From Octopus sinensis (Eukaryota): 64,000 nt of DNA. A model generated the notes under the pieces. It saw only the letters and a program-made list of their open reading frames with translations. It ran no database searches and had not been told where the DNA came from. The position numbers and the translations under genes are program-made. Below, in pieces: positions 23,558-36,794 of this stretch (position 1 is the stretch's first letter; the number at the start of each line of letters is the position of its first letter). Where the stretch lies: assembly GCF_006345805.1 (NCBI RefSeq), contig NC_042997.1, forward strand, positions 30,194,001 through 30,258,000, in the 5' to 3' direction.

Positions 23558-25978
23558 ATTTTCGTACGTTTGTCATTCAATTTGATAATTGGGTCACTCA
23601 AAGTCGCGAAAAAGATTAGCGCCATGAAGTTAGACATTCAAATGTGTTTTTCGATCATTCAATTTCGCACTTGGGCCAAAGAATTTAGCATTTGCATCAT
23701 TCAAATTCAAATGCCCGTCGAGAACATTCAAATTAATCGGAATGCGAGGAAACGTTTTTTCGAGCATTCAAATTCGCACATGAGTTCGGAATAAGTTTAT
23801 TCAGTTTAGCATTAATTTTACGTGTATGTTTTTACTCACATTCTAAGAAGTGAATGTTAAAGATGACAAATTTAAATGACATGTTTTGTGATACGAATTT
23901 TATTATGTTACTAGAGCTACAAGGAAGAAATAAATTATGTGATTCTTCTGTCCACGAAAGTCTTTTTCATTGCAACATTCGTAACCGGTCGGTATTAATT
24001 TCATTTTCTATCCCTTTCTCGTACACCAATTTGTAATCATGGAGTCACGCGTGAGGTACATGCGTATATTGGACGAGGATACGGCAAGGCTGGTTGACAC
24101 CCTCAAGGGGCATCAAGCCGACTACCCGCAAATGGCAGACACACTTGGCATTAAAAGGAGCAGTTCTCGATTCATAGTAGCGACCTACGGTCTCGGAGGC
24201 GCCACAAGTTGCCCAGAGGAGGTGCCCACTACATTAAGGTTGATGAGAACATGCGAGCCAGGTTTAAGGTGATTATTGATGTCTGCCCACTCCCTAGCCT
24301 TAAACGGATAAAGAGGGACTTACAGGCCGCATTGCCCGAAAAGTCGCCTGTTTCCGTGTCTGCAAATCACATGGGCTCTAGATGGGACGTTGATAACTAT
24401 GAAGTTGGTCTAAGACGTCCCAGATGCAATAAATGCCCTCAAGAACTCTGGAAAAGTGTTACGAGTGAGCGCATTAGTTCATAGAAGAGGGAGTCGTAGG
24501 TCATTCTTTTACTCTTCTACTCTTTTACTTGTTTCAGTCATTTGACTGCGGCCATGCTGGAGCACCGCCTTTAATCGAGCAACTCGACCCCGGGACTTAT
24601 TCCTTGTAAGCCCAGTACTTATTCTATCGGTCTGTTTTGCCGAACCGCTAAGTGACGGGGACATAAACACACCAGCATCGGTTGTCAAGCAATGCTAGGG
24701 GGACAAATACAGACACACAAACACGTACACATATATATATATACATATATACGACGGGCTTCTTTCAGTTTCCGTCTACCAAATCCACTCACAAGGCTTT
24801 GGTCGGCCCGAGGCTATAGTAGAAGACACTTGCCCAAGGTGCCACGCAGTGGGACTGAACCCGGAACCATGTGCTTGGTAAACAAGCTACTTACCACACA
24901 GCCACTCCTGCGCGCCATTACGTATTCATTGATGAATGTGGGTATAGCATTTGGGCCAGGTGGTCAATTGAACGAGCCACTCGAGGCTTCCTGTCCTCAG
25001 AGCTGTCAACCGTCAGCGAGGGAAAATCTGCAAGTCCCTTTTGCGGTATCGAGAGAAATCGGCTTGGTTCACCACACCATTGCAAATTAACCGTTACACG
25101 AAACTCTTTCGGAGAGTACTTAGTGGAAACAGTTCGAGCATGTGCCGTCCTATTCCCAACGGATGAATCTGTCTACTTGATCTACGACAATGCGCGGTCA
25201 CACGTTCGTACCGATCTCCCAGCTGACACTGACCCACTGGTCAGTCTGATACTCCTGACTCCCTACTCACCGTTTCTTAATTCTACAGAAATAGCGCATT
25301 CTGCATGAAATAGACAGCTAAACCCACTCAAACGAACTCTCCTTATAAAAACTGTAAATCAGTAATTATCTTAGGGTACATAGCACCCTTTCCCCGATGA
25401 AAGAAAAGATGCAAAATCAAAGAAGTATATACTTTTCCCAACAAAACATATTATGCAAAGGAAGAACACATATCACAACATAATGCATTCAAAATCAAAG
25501 AAAATGAGCATTTGTTGTTATTGTGAGTTTCTTTAAAAGATTGAAAAGACTAGAATACGATTTCATGAAGTCTTTAGCGATAAATACATGTACCTATGTA
25601 AAAATAATAGAATACATAGAAAACCATGGGTGTGGCAGAGTGTCTGAAGCATAAACAATGGATGAAAACATATGAATGCGATAACAATGATCATGGGATA
25701 AAGCAAAACAGCTATCCTGCTAATTTGATTGCTCGAAATGTTAAATAGATTGCTCCGAAACAAATTTGAATCATCGAGAAGACGCTTCCTCGCATTCCGA
25801 CTAATTTCAATTCTCTCGGCGGGCACCTTAATTTGAATGATGTAAATGCTAAATTCTTTGACCGAAGTGCGAAATTGAATAATCGAAAAACGAATTTGAA
25901 TGTCTAACTTCATGGCGCCAATTTTTTTAGCGACTTTGATTGACCAATTATCAAATTGAATGACAAATGTAGGAAAAT
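23558..25978 (+). mobile_element. IS630/Tc1-mariner transposon relic with ~220-250-bp inverted repeats
   Basis: TIRs 23558-23780 / ~25720-25978; transposase pieces: HTH (24039-), RGG..KVDE, LITMKLV*DVPDAIN, GHYVFIDECG, YDNARSH, PYSPFLNSTE; interrupted by a SINE. Confidence 0.8.
24506..24915 (-). mobile_element. SINE family A inserted into the transposase gene
   Basis: CATT at 24502-24505 and 24916-24919; excision restores GGT CAT TAC GTA TTC ATT GAT GAA (GHYVFIDE). Confidence 0.9.
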
Positions 25979-26283
25979 AAGAGCAAAAACCAATATTATT
26001 ATATGTTTGGCTTTTACTTTGTATTTGTACAAGTTGACTACAAGTCTCACCCAGAGACCTCAAGAGACAACATAGAAGTTCAAGTCGGTGTTATGACTAG
26101 GGTGTCATATATTTGGTTTTGCACAGAGTATTGTTCTACGGAATATCTGTCAAAAAGTAAGTAAATTAGAAGTGTGTTTTAAAACTTTTCAGATGACAGT
26201 AAAAAGGCGTTTGCTGTTATGGACATTTAAAAGTATTTTGTCACTATTTACAGATTGAAATATTTTGGGGATTACATAGACAA

Positions 26284-26630
26284 TATTTTTACCTAGGATA
26301 TGGGCAGTTCTCATGAGCATTATTTTTTTAATCCCTTCCATTTTTTTGATTTTTTGGTACCTGATCTAGGTAGCAATCAGACCCTTCGGCTATCATTCCT
26401 GGAGCACCTATGACAATAAGTATTGTTTTAGTCTTGAGGTTGTACACTTTGCCAATTTATATTTCGAGATCTTTATATTTGCTCAGATTTTGGTAGGTCT
26501 TGACAGATACATTTATGTCAATTGAGACAGTCATAACGATGAGGAGATATGATTTTTGTCTGAAATCCTTCAATGTAATGTCCGGCCTATTTGCATCTAC
26601 CTTTCTGTCAGTTTCAACAGTGAAGTTCCA
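26284..26630 (-). mobile_element. RLE-domain 3' fragment of Dong-like LINE (family U)
   Basis: WNFTVETDRKVDANRPDI...SKYKDLEI...IVIGAPGMI...RTAHILGK; 5' end abuts (ATT)n 26631-26710. Confidence 0.8.
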
Positions 26631-26656
26631 ATTATTATTATAGTAGTTGTTATTGA

Positions 26657-26710
<54 letters not shown>

Positions 26711-26715
26711 CATAT

Positions 26716-26867
26716 GCCCTGATGCAGTACCAGGCAGTGGCTCTCATAGCTTCTGATCTTAACTGATTGGAAGTGTTATCATGTACATTGTTTTGTCTTG
26801 GTATAAAAGATGGGCTATAGCAAATATTCTGCTCAATACCACAGATTTGCTTGTCAGTTGTTTGACC

Positions 26868-26868
<1 letters not shown>
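26716..26868 (+). repeat. Partial copy of unclassified repeat family F
   Basis: Matches first ~150 bp of 45867-46392; (ATT)n both sides. Confidence 0.8.
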
Positions 26869-26915
<47 letters not shown>

Positions 26916-28904
26916 CATCATCATTATTATTATTATTAATGCGAAACTAGAAATGCGAAACTAGTTATCAAACAATACAATAAAGGTAACAGTCAAGCTG
27001 ATGTTAACATATTTAATGCAGAGAGCATTAAGAATTAGGTAGACAAAAAAAAATTATATCGGTCATTAAGATTACTTGCTTTTTCGACAAGAACGGAAGA
27101 CAACTATTGGTATGTGTTGCTATTATTCTGACCTCATCGTTAAAGCACAACCTTCAGCATACTTGACAAAGTTATCATAAAAATACACTGGTTTAATGTA
27201 CAGAAATATACATTAGTTGGCGAAGAAAACAGAATTAACCAGTTTTATATATATATTTTTTTTATTAATCTCTGTAGTAAATATGTTACCACTCATCTAT
27301 TGGTTTTATGCAAATGGCATCTCTGAATTATTCTTTTTAAAAGAATGGTGAGATGGTGAGCAATACAGTAGATGTGGTGTAATTTACTGCTTATCTAATT
27401 AACTATTCAACATGTGTTACTGGCCTTCGTTATTACATAACAGATATTTCGAAAATATACGTGAACATCTGAAGAAGCTATTAATCTCAAGAAATTTGTT
27501 TTCAGTGTTTTTGTTTTTAGATCAGTTTCAAACATTATTTATTAATTTATAAAATTAAGATGTCTTATTATAGCGTTTCTGCTGACACGATAATATATTA
27601 TTTTAATTAAGTACACGTTTTTAGATTCATGGTATATATACATACATGCATATATATTTTTATTTATATATATATATACGTACACACACGCATATATATT
27701 AACCGAATGGGCCATTAATGAAGGAGAAATGCGCATAGCTTTCGTGGTGCTGCTGACTATCAAATTCAAATAATAGGGTGAGGTTCGTGTCAGATATTCT
27801 GTTTGTTTGTAGAAACGAGCTCTAAAATACTTTAAATCAGATATTCAGCACCTTGTGTAAGAGAAATGAAACACAGTGAATGTAATAGAGGAACGTTCAG
27901 AGTTGTATTTATTGGCTGGACAAATATGTTAGGAGTGATCTGTAAGTAATTCACTGAAACGAGATTTTGTATCGATAAAAATGAAAAATGGAGAAGTTTC
28001 TGTGTAACATTGGATAAATCGATATAACTTATCTAGAAGTAAATACTAACGTTGAATTCTCCAGCAACTATGAACCGCATATCTCTGAGAGAAACAGAAA
28101 GTTAGTTCATTACTAAGAGAATGTCTTGCACTGTTTGTTTGGTTCATTACCTTCTGAGTTCATATCCGATTGATATTTAAAACTGGAAACAAGCAAAATC
28201 CCGATGTTTAAAAAGTCAGAAGCAATCAGAAGCAATCAAAAGATTAGAAATGTTAAATTTATTTTTGAACCGAAGGAGATCTTCCATAGATTTTGAGCAT
28301 CTCATTTCCACCGAGAGATCAGAGTGCCGTACTAAATATTTAAAGTCTTAATTTATTTCGTAATTCGAAGAGGTATAATCATTGCAGCTAGGTTATATAA
28401 TTGACGATTTATCTTATGACACTATTTAGCATATGACGTTATAATAGTTTCATTCAGCATGGCTTATATATATATAACATAACCAATTTGATAGCTCGAA
28501 GTAAAAATAGTAATCAAGCCAAATAAGTCACCTAAATACAATAGAATTAAATATACAACTATTTGAAATTATTGAATTGCAAGTTCCTAACAAAGGCACT
28601 TGACATGGAGCCAAAGCGTCATTATAAGAGGATATCTAGAAAAATAAAACACATCAAATATGAAAAAGACACATTCAGGAGCAGACACACTCAATACACA
28701 AAATCCATCAAATTCCGAAATATATTAATTTCTACCTCACAATCTCAGTATAACTGGTGCCTGAATGAGAAAACCTTCACCAATGCTGGAATTGCTTTAT
28801 CAGAATACTTAGAATACTTGAAAAAGCTTCGGGATAATTGGTCCAATCCATAGCAAACTCAATAGCACTACCTGGAAAAAACATTTAATAATGTTTTGTA
28901 TTAG

Positions 28905-29300
28905 TCATTCTTTGGGCACCATAGCCCATTCGAGTAAAGAGTTATTGTTTGCAGCGATGTATCTGGGTGTAGCTGGTTTATCTGGAATTTATTGTAGATA
29001 TTTGTCCAAGAACCGCTTGGATGTTGAGATCTGTTTCTCCTTTTAAGTGTCCCGGCATCATGTTAAAGAGAGTAATGCCAGTTGAGGTGAAATAGTTCTG
29101 TCTTAGTTTTGCGATATGACGCGAATATAATTGTTGTAGAGAACGGTTGATAGGAGGACCAAAGCTTGGATTGATTTTTAAAGTTGATGCCAAAATCATT
29201 TGGGCAATGCTATTGGAATATTTTCCACAACTTAGAAATGTTATAGCGCTAGCGGTGGTACGGAAGAAAGTAGATCTGATTGGGAATTGGTAAATCACTT
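28905..29300 (-). mobile_element. 3' end of CR1/L2-type LINE ORF2, decayed
   Basis: RQNYFTSTGITLFNMMPGHL...LDKYLQ*IPDKP..P.Y....NSLLEW resembles the C-terminal tail of CR1/L2-clade RT proteins. Confidence 0.6.
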
Positions 29301-29773
29301 CAAATAAGTGGACCAAAAAAAAAAAGACATATACTCTGTCTAACGCATCTGTTTTTATATACTGAACAATGTTAAACGAAGTAGTGCAAACACAAATATA
29401 AACAACTTCAAATAACAAAAAAATTAGAGGCTACGAGCAGTACTTCTATTTACTTTAGCAATGACAGAAATCCCATTAGCAACAACTACAACATGGATAC
29501 TCAGCAAACTGTATATTGACTTACCTACTTCTCGAAACAATAGGATAAAATTCTGTCTGAGGATTAGCTATCAGCAATAGAATCTAAAAGAGAGATTTTT
29601 GCTTTGCTGTTATACACTACAAACCAATAGCGAATGGGTAAAATCCCAGGACAATTGTAAGTTAGAATCTGTAACAGATGCCCCAACAATCATGATGGTA
29701 ACAGCGATGAAGTAGAGCCTCAGGTTTACTCACACACACACATACACACACACAAATATATATATATATGTAT

Positions 29774-29811
<38 letters not shown>

Positions 29812-29985
29812 GTGTGTATGTATGTATACAGGTATATGTGAGTGTGTATATATGGGTATGTATGTATGTGTGAATATATCATACATAAATACAAGTATAT
29901 ATAGATATGTGTGTGTGCGTGCGAGTGTGTATGTGTGTGTATGTTTGTGTGTGTATGTGTGTGTGTGTGTATGTGTGTGTGTGTG

Positions 29986-30116
29986 TACGTGTATACTATT
30001 TGCTTCTTGGTAGGATCAGCAAAAAATTACTCAGTCCAGAAAAATAAGTATCATATGATATACATGTACATTATATGCATTACATACATGTATATGCGCG
30101 CGCGTGTGTGTGTGTG
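29986..30116 (+). repeat. 131-bp local duplication, copy 1
   Basis: Identical by eye to 31387-31516; (TG)n at both ends. Confidence 0.9.
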
Positions 30117-30126
30117 TATTTACATG

Positions 30127-30157
<31 letters not shown>

Positions 30158-31386
30158 TGTATGCAAGTAGATATATGCTATATGTATATATTCATGAATA
30201 TATATGTATATACGTACGCATATATCACACACACATACACACATACACGCAAACACGTGCACACACACGCACAAACCTGTATATATATGTATGTGTATAT
30301 GTATGTATATATACATACATAGAGATATATATATATGTGTGTATATATATATACATACATACATACATACATACATACATACATACATACATACATACAT
30401 ACATACCTAATTTCGTATGGGTGTTACGGCTACGCAAATTTTAAATTCGTCGATCCAATTTTTCACGTGCCGAAGAGATATTTCCTGTTGCAGGCATTAT
30501 GTACCCGTTCCTTTCTTTGAGATTTCGAACAATTTAATAAATACATTCATATATTTATGCGTGCATGTAACCCAGATTTGCGTGAGGAACATAAAGGAAT
30601 AAGTCATCACATTCTGCGACATTATTGACAGTTAGGAAATTCCGGTCAGAGGTGTAAGAAGCCTGTAAGTGGACTGTTTAAATCGGCGATTCGCGTTTCA
30701 AACGCAGTCAGAAATCGAAACCGAGAACACTGCTTTCATAAAACGTCCCCCTAAACACGAGCCCACTGATAGGTAAATGGAAGAAAAATTTCGGCAGGAT
30801 AAGAGTCAACTGTTAGCTGATATAAGTCTATAAAATATTTAGCCGAGGCACATACCTGATTAACCGCTATTCTTTTCAAAATCGATACAGTATTTTTATA
30901 TTGCGTAATGAAGTCAGAAATAATAACACTTCGCGGTCGAATTATATTTGGGAGTTTTAGTGGCTTAAAATTAATTACGAGTTGAAGTATAGCAGTAAGT
31001 GCTAAAATGCATGAGACGTACATTGCTATTTATGTACCTTGGGAGCTATGAGCATTCACTTTGCGAATGAACTCTGTATCAGAGAGAATAGCATCATTAA
31101 ATTGTATATACTTTTATGTATATGAATCTTCATAATAATTCTGGTAACATATCTGTGGATGTACATATAAATGTGTGTGTTTGTGTAGAATATTTTAGCT
31201 TATTTTTTAAATTTCAGTGTCTTTTCTTCCTTGCTTGATGGTTGTCATACTAAATTCAAAGGTTGTTCGGATCGATCTCCCTCTTTCTTTTTTTTTTTAG
31301 GGTAAAGGTATTCGATATTGCATTATTAGTAGTAGTTGGTAGTTTCTGAGTTTGTGTGTGTGTGTGTGTATGTGTGTATGTGTGTG

Positions 31387-31516
31387 TACGTGTATACTAT
31401 TTGCTTCTTGGTAGGATCAGCAAAAAATTACTCAGTCCAGAAAAATAAGTATCATATGATATACATGTACATTATATGCATTACATACATGTATATGCGC
31501 GCGCGTGTGTGTGTGT
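31387..31516 (+). repeat. 131-bp local duplication, copy 2
   Basis: Identical by eye to 29986-30116, offset 1401 bp. Confidence 0.9.
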
Positions 31517-31764
31517 TGATCTAGTGCCCAATGGAATAACCCAAATGTTGGCATGAATACAGATGCAGCAAACACAGGCAGGCCTTGTTTTATTGCAGGC
31601 AAAGGAGTCATATTTTTATCTGTTGATTGTTACCGTGTATTTCCATCCACTTTTAAATACCTGTAGCACCCCCGTGTGTTATGTCATGGAAGTTCCGAAA
31701 TCATTGATAGTGAACTTGCAACTGGCTTGTTTGTCATTGCTTACACTTAGACAAGTACATTTAT

Positions 31765-31989
31765 AATTTCTTTACTGCCCACAAGGGGCTATACACAGAG
31801 GGGGACAGACAAACGGATTTAGTCGATTATATCGACCCAAGTGCGTAACTGTTACTTATTTAATCGACCCCGAAAGGATGAAAGGCAAAGTCGACCTCGG
31901 CGGAATTTGAACTCAGAACGTATCGGCAGACGAAATACGGCTACGCATTTCGCCCGGCGTGCTAACGTTTCTGCCAGCTCGCTGCCTTT
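31765..31989 (-). mobile_element. SINE family B with 15-bp TSD
   Basis: GACAAGTACATTTAT at 31750-31764 and 31990-32004. Confidence 0.9.
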
Positions 31990-32297
31990 GACAAGTACAT
32001 TTATGCTTAACAAACTCCTCCCTCTAGAGGCTCTTCTTCATATTATTTTTGTCTGGACATATAACATAAGCAAGTTAATTGTTTAGGCTTCAGTCTTTGC
32101 TGTGAACCAACTACGTAACCTTCAGGTTTCCTCATCAAAAGTTAACGTCTTCATTGTAAGTATAAATAACACCACAGATAAGCTTCTTGAAATATACCTC
32201 GTTAAAAATGTTATCCTATCAGAGGTAATGTTATCGTCATTTGTATTTAACTTCGATTTGGTGAACCAGGTTGAAATTAAGATATTTAAAACCTTGA

Positions 32298-32789
32298 TTA
32301 CACTCTCAGAAAATTTAGCAAGTCAAAGGAAATCCAGCTGGCGTTCGGCTGTAGTAATCTTGTTACTAAACGAATGAACGAACAGGAACAGATTCCGATA
32401 GGTTGTATACGTTTTATGCATAAGATTTTGACTGGCAATTCGCCATTCGTTCTCACAATACGAGTATTTTTGTTCTTTGTTATCTTTGCTATCTTTGGTA
32501 TCAGAGTTGTTTCAAGGCCGGACAGATTAGTAAATTTACACCTCCTCTGTGAGCCTGCAAATATCGCGAGTAAATGGTAAATATTGTCCCAATAACTAAC
32601 ATTTAAATCTTTCCCTAGTACTTTCCTCACTTGAAATTTTTCCATCACGATCTCAATAATATCGTAGGGATACTGTGGTAATTGCTTTTCACCATATGCA
32701 AGAACAATTCCGTTTTTCAGGTTTTCATTGCTATCCTGCTTCCTGGTTAGACTTCTCAGAACAGATTTATTTTTGCCTATAATTTCTAG
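32298..32789 (-). pseudogene. Unidentified coding-like relic (164-codon stop-free frame)
   Basis: LEIIGKNKSVLRSL...GIVLAYGEKQLPQYPYDIIEIV-MEKF... open frame in non-repetitive AT-rich DNA; no family recognised. Confidence 0.3.
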
Positions 32790-32791
32790 GA

Positions 32792-33039
32792 GGAGGCGCG
32801 TGGTTTAGTGGTTAGGGTGTCAGCATCTTGATCGTAAGATTGTAGTTTCGATTCCTGGACCGGGCGACGCGTTGTGTTCTTGAGCAAAACTCTTCATTTC
32901 ACGTTGCTCCAGTCCACTCAGCTGGCAAAAATGAGTAACGCTGCGATGGACTGGCGTCCCGTCCACCTGGGGAACACATACGCCATAGAAACCGTGAAGC
33001 CGGGCCCATGAGCCTGGCTAGGCTTTAAAAAAGGCGCAT
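32792..33039 (+). mobile_element. SINE family C, full length
   Basis: tRNA-like head GGCGCGTGGTTTAGTGG...GTTTCGATTCC; probable TSD ATAATTT(C/A)TAG at 32779-32789 and 33058-33068. Confidence 0.9.
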
Positions 33040-33433
33040 TAATTTATTTCTTTTTTAATAATTTATAGAGAAAAGAAAAACTCTGTGAGTTTTATTCATT
33101 GTCGCTCTCACTTTTACGTCGGCACTTGATTTGTATTTCGACAGAGATTCTTTCGGTTTACTCTCTTTCCATGTCAGAGTTTCTCACTGACAATTTCATA
33201 TGTTTATCTGATGGCGATCCCTCTATACTCAAGGGTTTCTTGTTGCTTTCTCCTTACGTTCGATCTATTATATTTTTCAACATTTGTGAAAAGTGGTATA
33301 ATTTATTTCCTTGCATTAGATTGATATAGTCGCATTCCTCATTGCCTTCTTTAGATCAACGATCTCTGTTTAAGTATCCAAATCCATTTTTTTTTTGTAT
33401 TTATACACGTTTTGTAAGCACCATTATATGTGT

Positions 33434-33780
33434 TGGAAGCACTCCGTCGGTTACGACGACGAGGGTTCCGGCTGATCCGATCAAATCAACGGAACAGCCT
33501 GCTCGTGAAATTAACGTGTAAGTGGCTGAGCACTCCACAGACACGTGTACGCTTAACGTAGTTCTCGGGGATATTCAACGTGACACAGAGAGTGACAAGG
33601 CCGGCCCTTTGAAATACAGGTACAACAGAAACAGGAAGTAAGAGTGAGAGAAAGTTGTGGTGAAAGAGTACAGCGGGGATTACCACCATCCCCTGCCGAA
33701 GCTTCATAGAGCTTTAGGTGTTTTCGCTCAATAAACACTCACAACGCCCGGTCTGGAAATCGAAACCGCGATTGCGCCTC
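33434..33780 (-). mobile_element. SINE family D with 15-bp TSD and ~39-bp deletion in the tRNA head
   Basis: CACCATTATATGTGT at 33419-33433 and 33781-33795. Confidence 0.9.
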
Positions 33781-33859
33781 CACCATTATATGTGTATGTA
33801 TTTATACTCATATGCAGGTACCTACACACGCAAACAACTCACACATACAGCATTCAACT

Positions 33860-34138
33860 ATATTAATAACAACCCTGAAATTCACAGTACGCCTTAGGCA
33901 CGTAGCAAATTTATCTTAATATTCGGGGTAAAGGAATTTTGAAGGGCTTTCTTCCTATTAATTTTATTAATAAATAGGGTGGAAAGAATAAGGGCGTGAA
34001 ACGATTTTGTACACTCATACAGTGTTATCCCATTATCCATGGGTGTATCCCAAAATAGCATCACGTGTGCTCGTGCAGCATTAATGTATGAGGAGACACT
34101 TCCGAAAGTTAGAGTATGATTAAGTATAAATAAACATA

Positions 34139-34181
<43 letters not shown>

Positions 34182-34282
34182 ATGTGTGTGTACATAAATA
34201 CACACACGCATATATATATATACATATATGTGTATATATATATGCATACATGTATACATATATGCATATATATATTTATATT

Positions 34283-34324
<42 letters not shown>

Positions 34325-34398
34325 TATACATATATATATATACATATATATATATGTATATGTATATGTATGTATATATATATATGTATATACATATG

Positions 34399-34477
<79 letters not shown>

Positions 34478-34610
34478 GTATATATGCATACATATACATA
34501 CAAACATATATTATAATGGTTTGTATACTGTACCATGTATATGCATACATATATGCATACATATACATACAAATACATATTATAATGGTTTATATATTGT
34601 GACATGTATA
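33860..34610. repeat. Compound (TG)n/(TA)n/(TATG) microsatellite block with flanking unique DNA
   Basis: Source of several low-complexity ORFs in the track. Confidence 0.8.
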
Positions 34611-35120
34611 TATCTATAAATCCAGAATTGAACGCCATCACATAAAAAGTTCTCTGTTTGCTTACGTGGTATGCGTGCATATATTTTGTTTGTGATAGAG
34701 GGATTGTCTAAATATAAATCTATGCAACTTCTTATTATCCACGTGTCCCTGTTTCTATGTAATTGTTGAATCAGGAGAAATACTGGAAGATATGTTTCCA
34801 AATAATATAAATAAAAAATATATAATGCACACACACAGAAATGCTAGCATATGCTAACATATCCACGCACGTAACCCCTCCACCCATCCACCAACAGGCG
34901 CGCAGATAAAAATGTGAGAGACTGTGTACTATGCCTGTCTGCCTGCGTGCATGTGTATACACATAGGTGTGCATGTCTCTATAGAGAGAGTGAGTGTCGC
35001 ACACATACACTTAAATATACATATACATATATGAAAACACAAATATTACATACGTATATTACCTTATATCTATGAACGCACACATAAATATATAAATACA
35101 GACATATATATATATACATA

Positions 35121-35161
<41 letters not shown>

Positions 35162-35288
35162 TCTATCTATCCGTATGTATCAATGTATGTATGTATTATG
35201 TATGTTTGTATGTATGCATGTATACACACATATATTACATTATATCTATAAACATATACATAAATATAGAATACAGGCATATATATCC

Positions 35289-35344
<56 letters not shown>

Positions 35345-35881
35345 CATATATATCCATTAGACGGTTATTCCAACCTCTAACTCTACTAACCTATGCATAT
35401 ATATGTGTGTGTGTATGTATATATTTGCAAACACATATAAGTATGTATATATGAATGTATGTATGAATGTATGTATATTTGTCTGTATGCAGGCATGTAT
35501 ATATGCATGTATACATGTATGTGCGTTCGTACGCATATATGTATATGATAAATTGATGGAGTGGCACTGGTATTCTGTATGAATCTCCATAAACATTCTG
35601 GTGAATATTAAGAATGACATGTTTTATTGCATTTTCGTGGAATCTTTCTTCAACAGACCGATTATGGATGGGATGTGTTAATAGGGTTCTGGTACGGAGA
35701 GGAGACGGATTAACCAGATAAGAAAGAAGTGTTGAGGTGAGAGGATAGTCAGACAGACCGATAAGAATTTTACTTCGAGCACATAAACGTCGGGGAAATG
35801 TTAATGTATAGGGAGAAGTGTCGAAAATTGAACGTAGCGATACAAGAGTTGATGGAAAAATGATAGAGCGATTGGGATATC

Positions 35882-35933
<52 letters not shown>

Positions 35934-36345
35934 AGAGAGAGAGTATGAGAGAGAGAGTATGAGAGAGAGAGAGTATGAGAGAGAGAGAGAGAGAGAGAGT
36001 AAGAGAGAGAGAGAGTAAGAGAGAGAGATTGTGAGAGTGTGTGAGAGCGAGCGCAAAAGACAGCGAGATTGCAAAGAACGTGGGGTAAGCTGAGAGACGC
36101 GATAGTTCTATTTGTACTTTTGGGGTTGGTGTTTATGCTGCGATATGTAGGCGGATTCGTAGATTAATCGAGGATGTGAGAAAGTGGGGGAGTATTGGGT
36201 ATGTTTTTTTTTCCAAGAAAAGAAGGAATTACGAAAGGATATCATTTGAGATAAAACAGGAAATTTCACTTAGGGTCTTAACGGAGTCCTCCTTATCATT
36301 CAAATACGTATTTTTGTGTGAATGTAAGTGTTTATGTATGTCCAT

Positions 36346-36389
<44 letters not shown>

Positions 36390-36487
36390 GTGTGTATGTA
36401 TGTATATATAATATATATGTATGATGTATGTATGTATGTATGTATGTATGTATGTATGTATGTATATATACATATATATATATATAT

Positions 36488-36549
<62 letters not shown>

Positions 36550-36794
36550 TAAATGTATGTATGTATGTATGTATGCATCTTTTATTTGTGTCAGTTATAA
36601 GACTATGATCATGCCTATAGCACAGCTTTCAGGAATTTTAATCGAACTAATCAACTCCTGTACTTATTTTTTTAGCCTATATAAATATATACATATATAT
36701 ATATATGATATATATGCATATATATATAAGGAAAGTTTAGGCTTGTTGAAATATCTGACAAACATATTTCAACTGCAGTTATAGAAAAAAATTC

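Noticed and set aside
26716-26765. 5S rRNA-like similarity (GATC.GAAGCTA..GCCTGG) on the minus strand of repeat F
   Set aside because: Only two short matches with gaps and no C-box; not distinguishable from chance.
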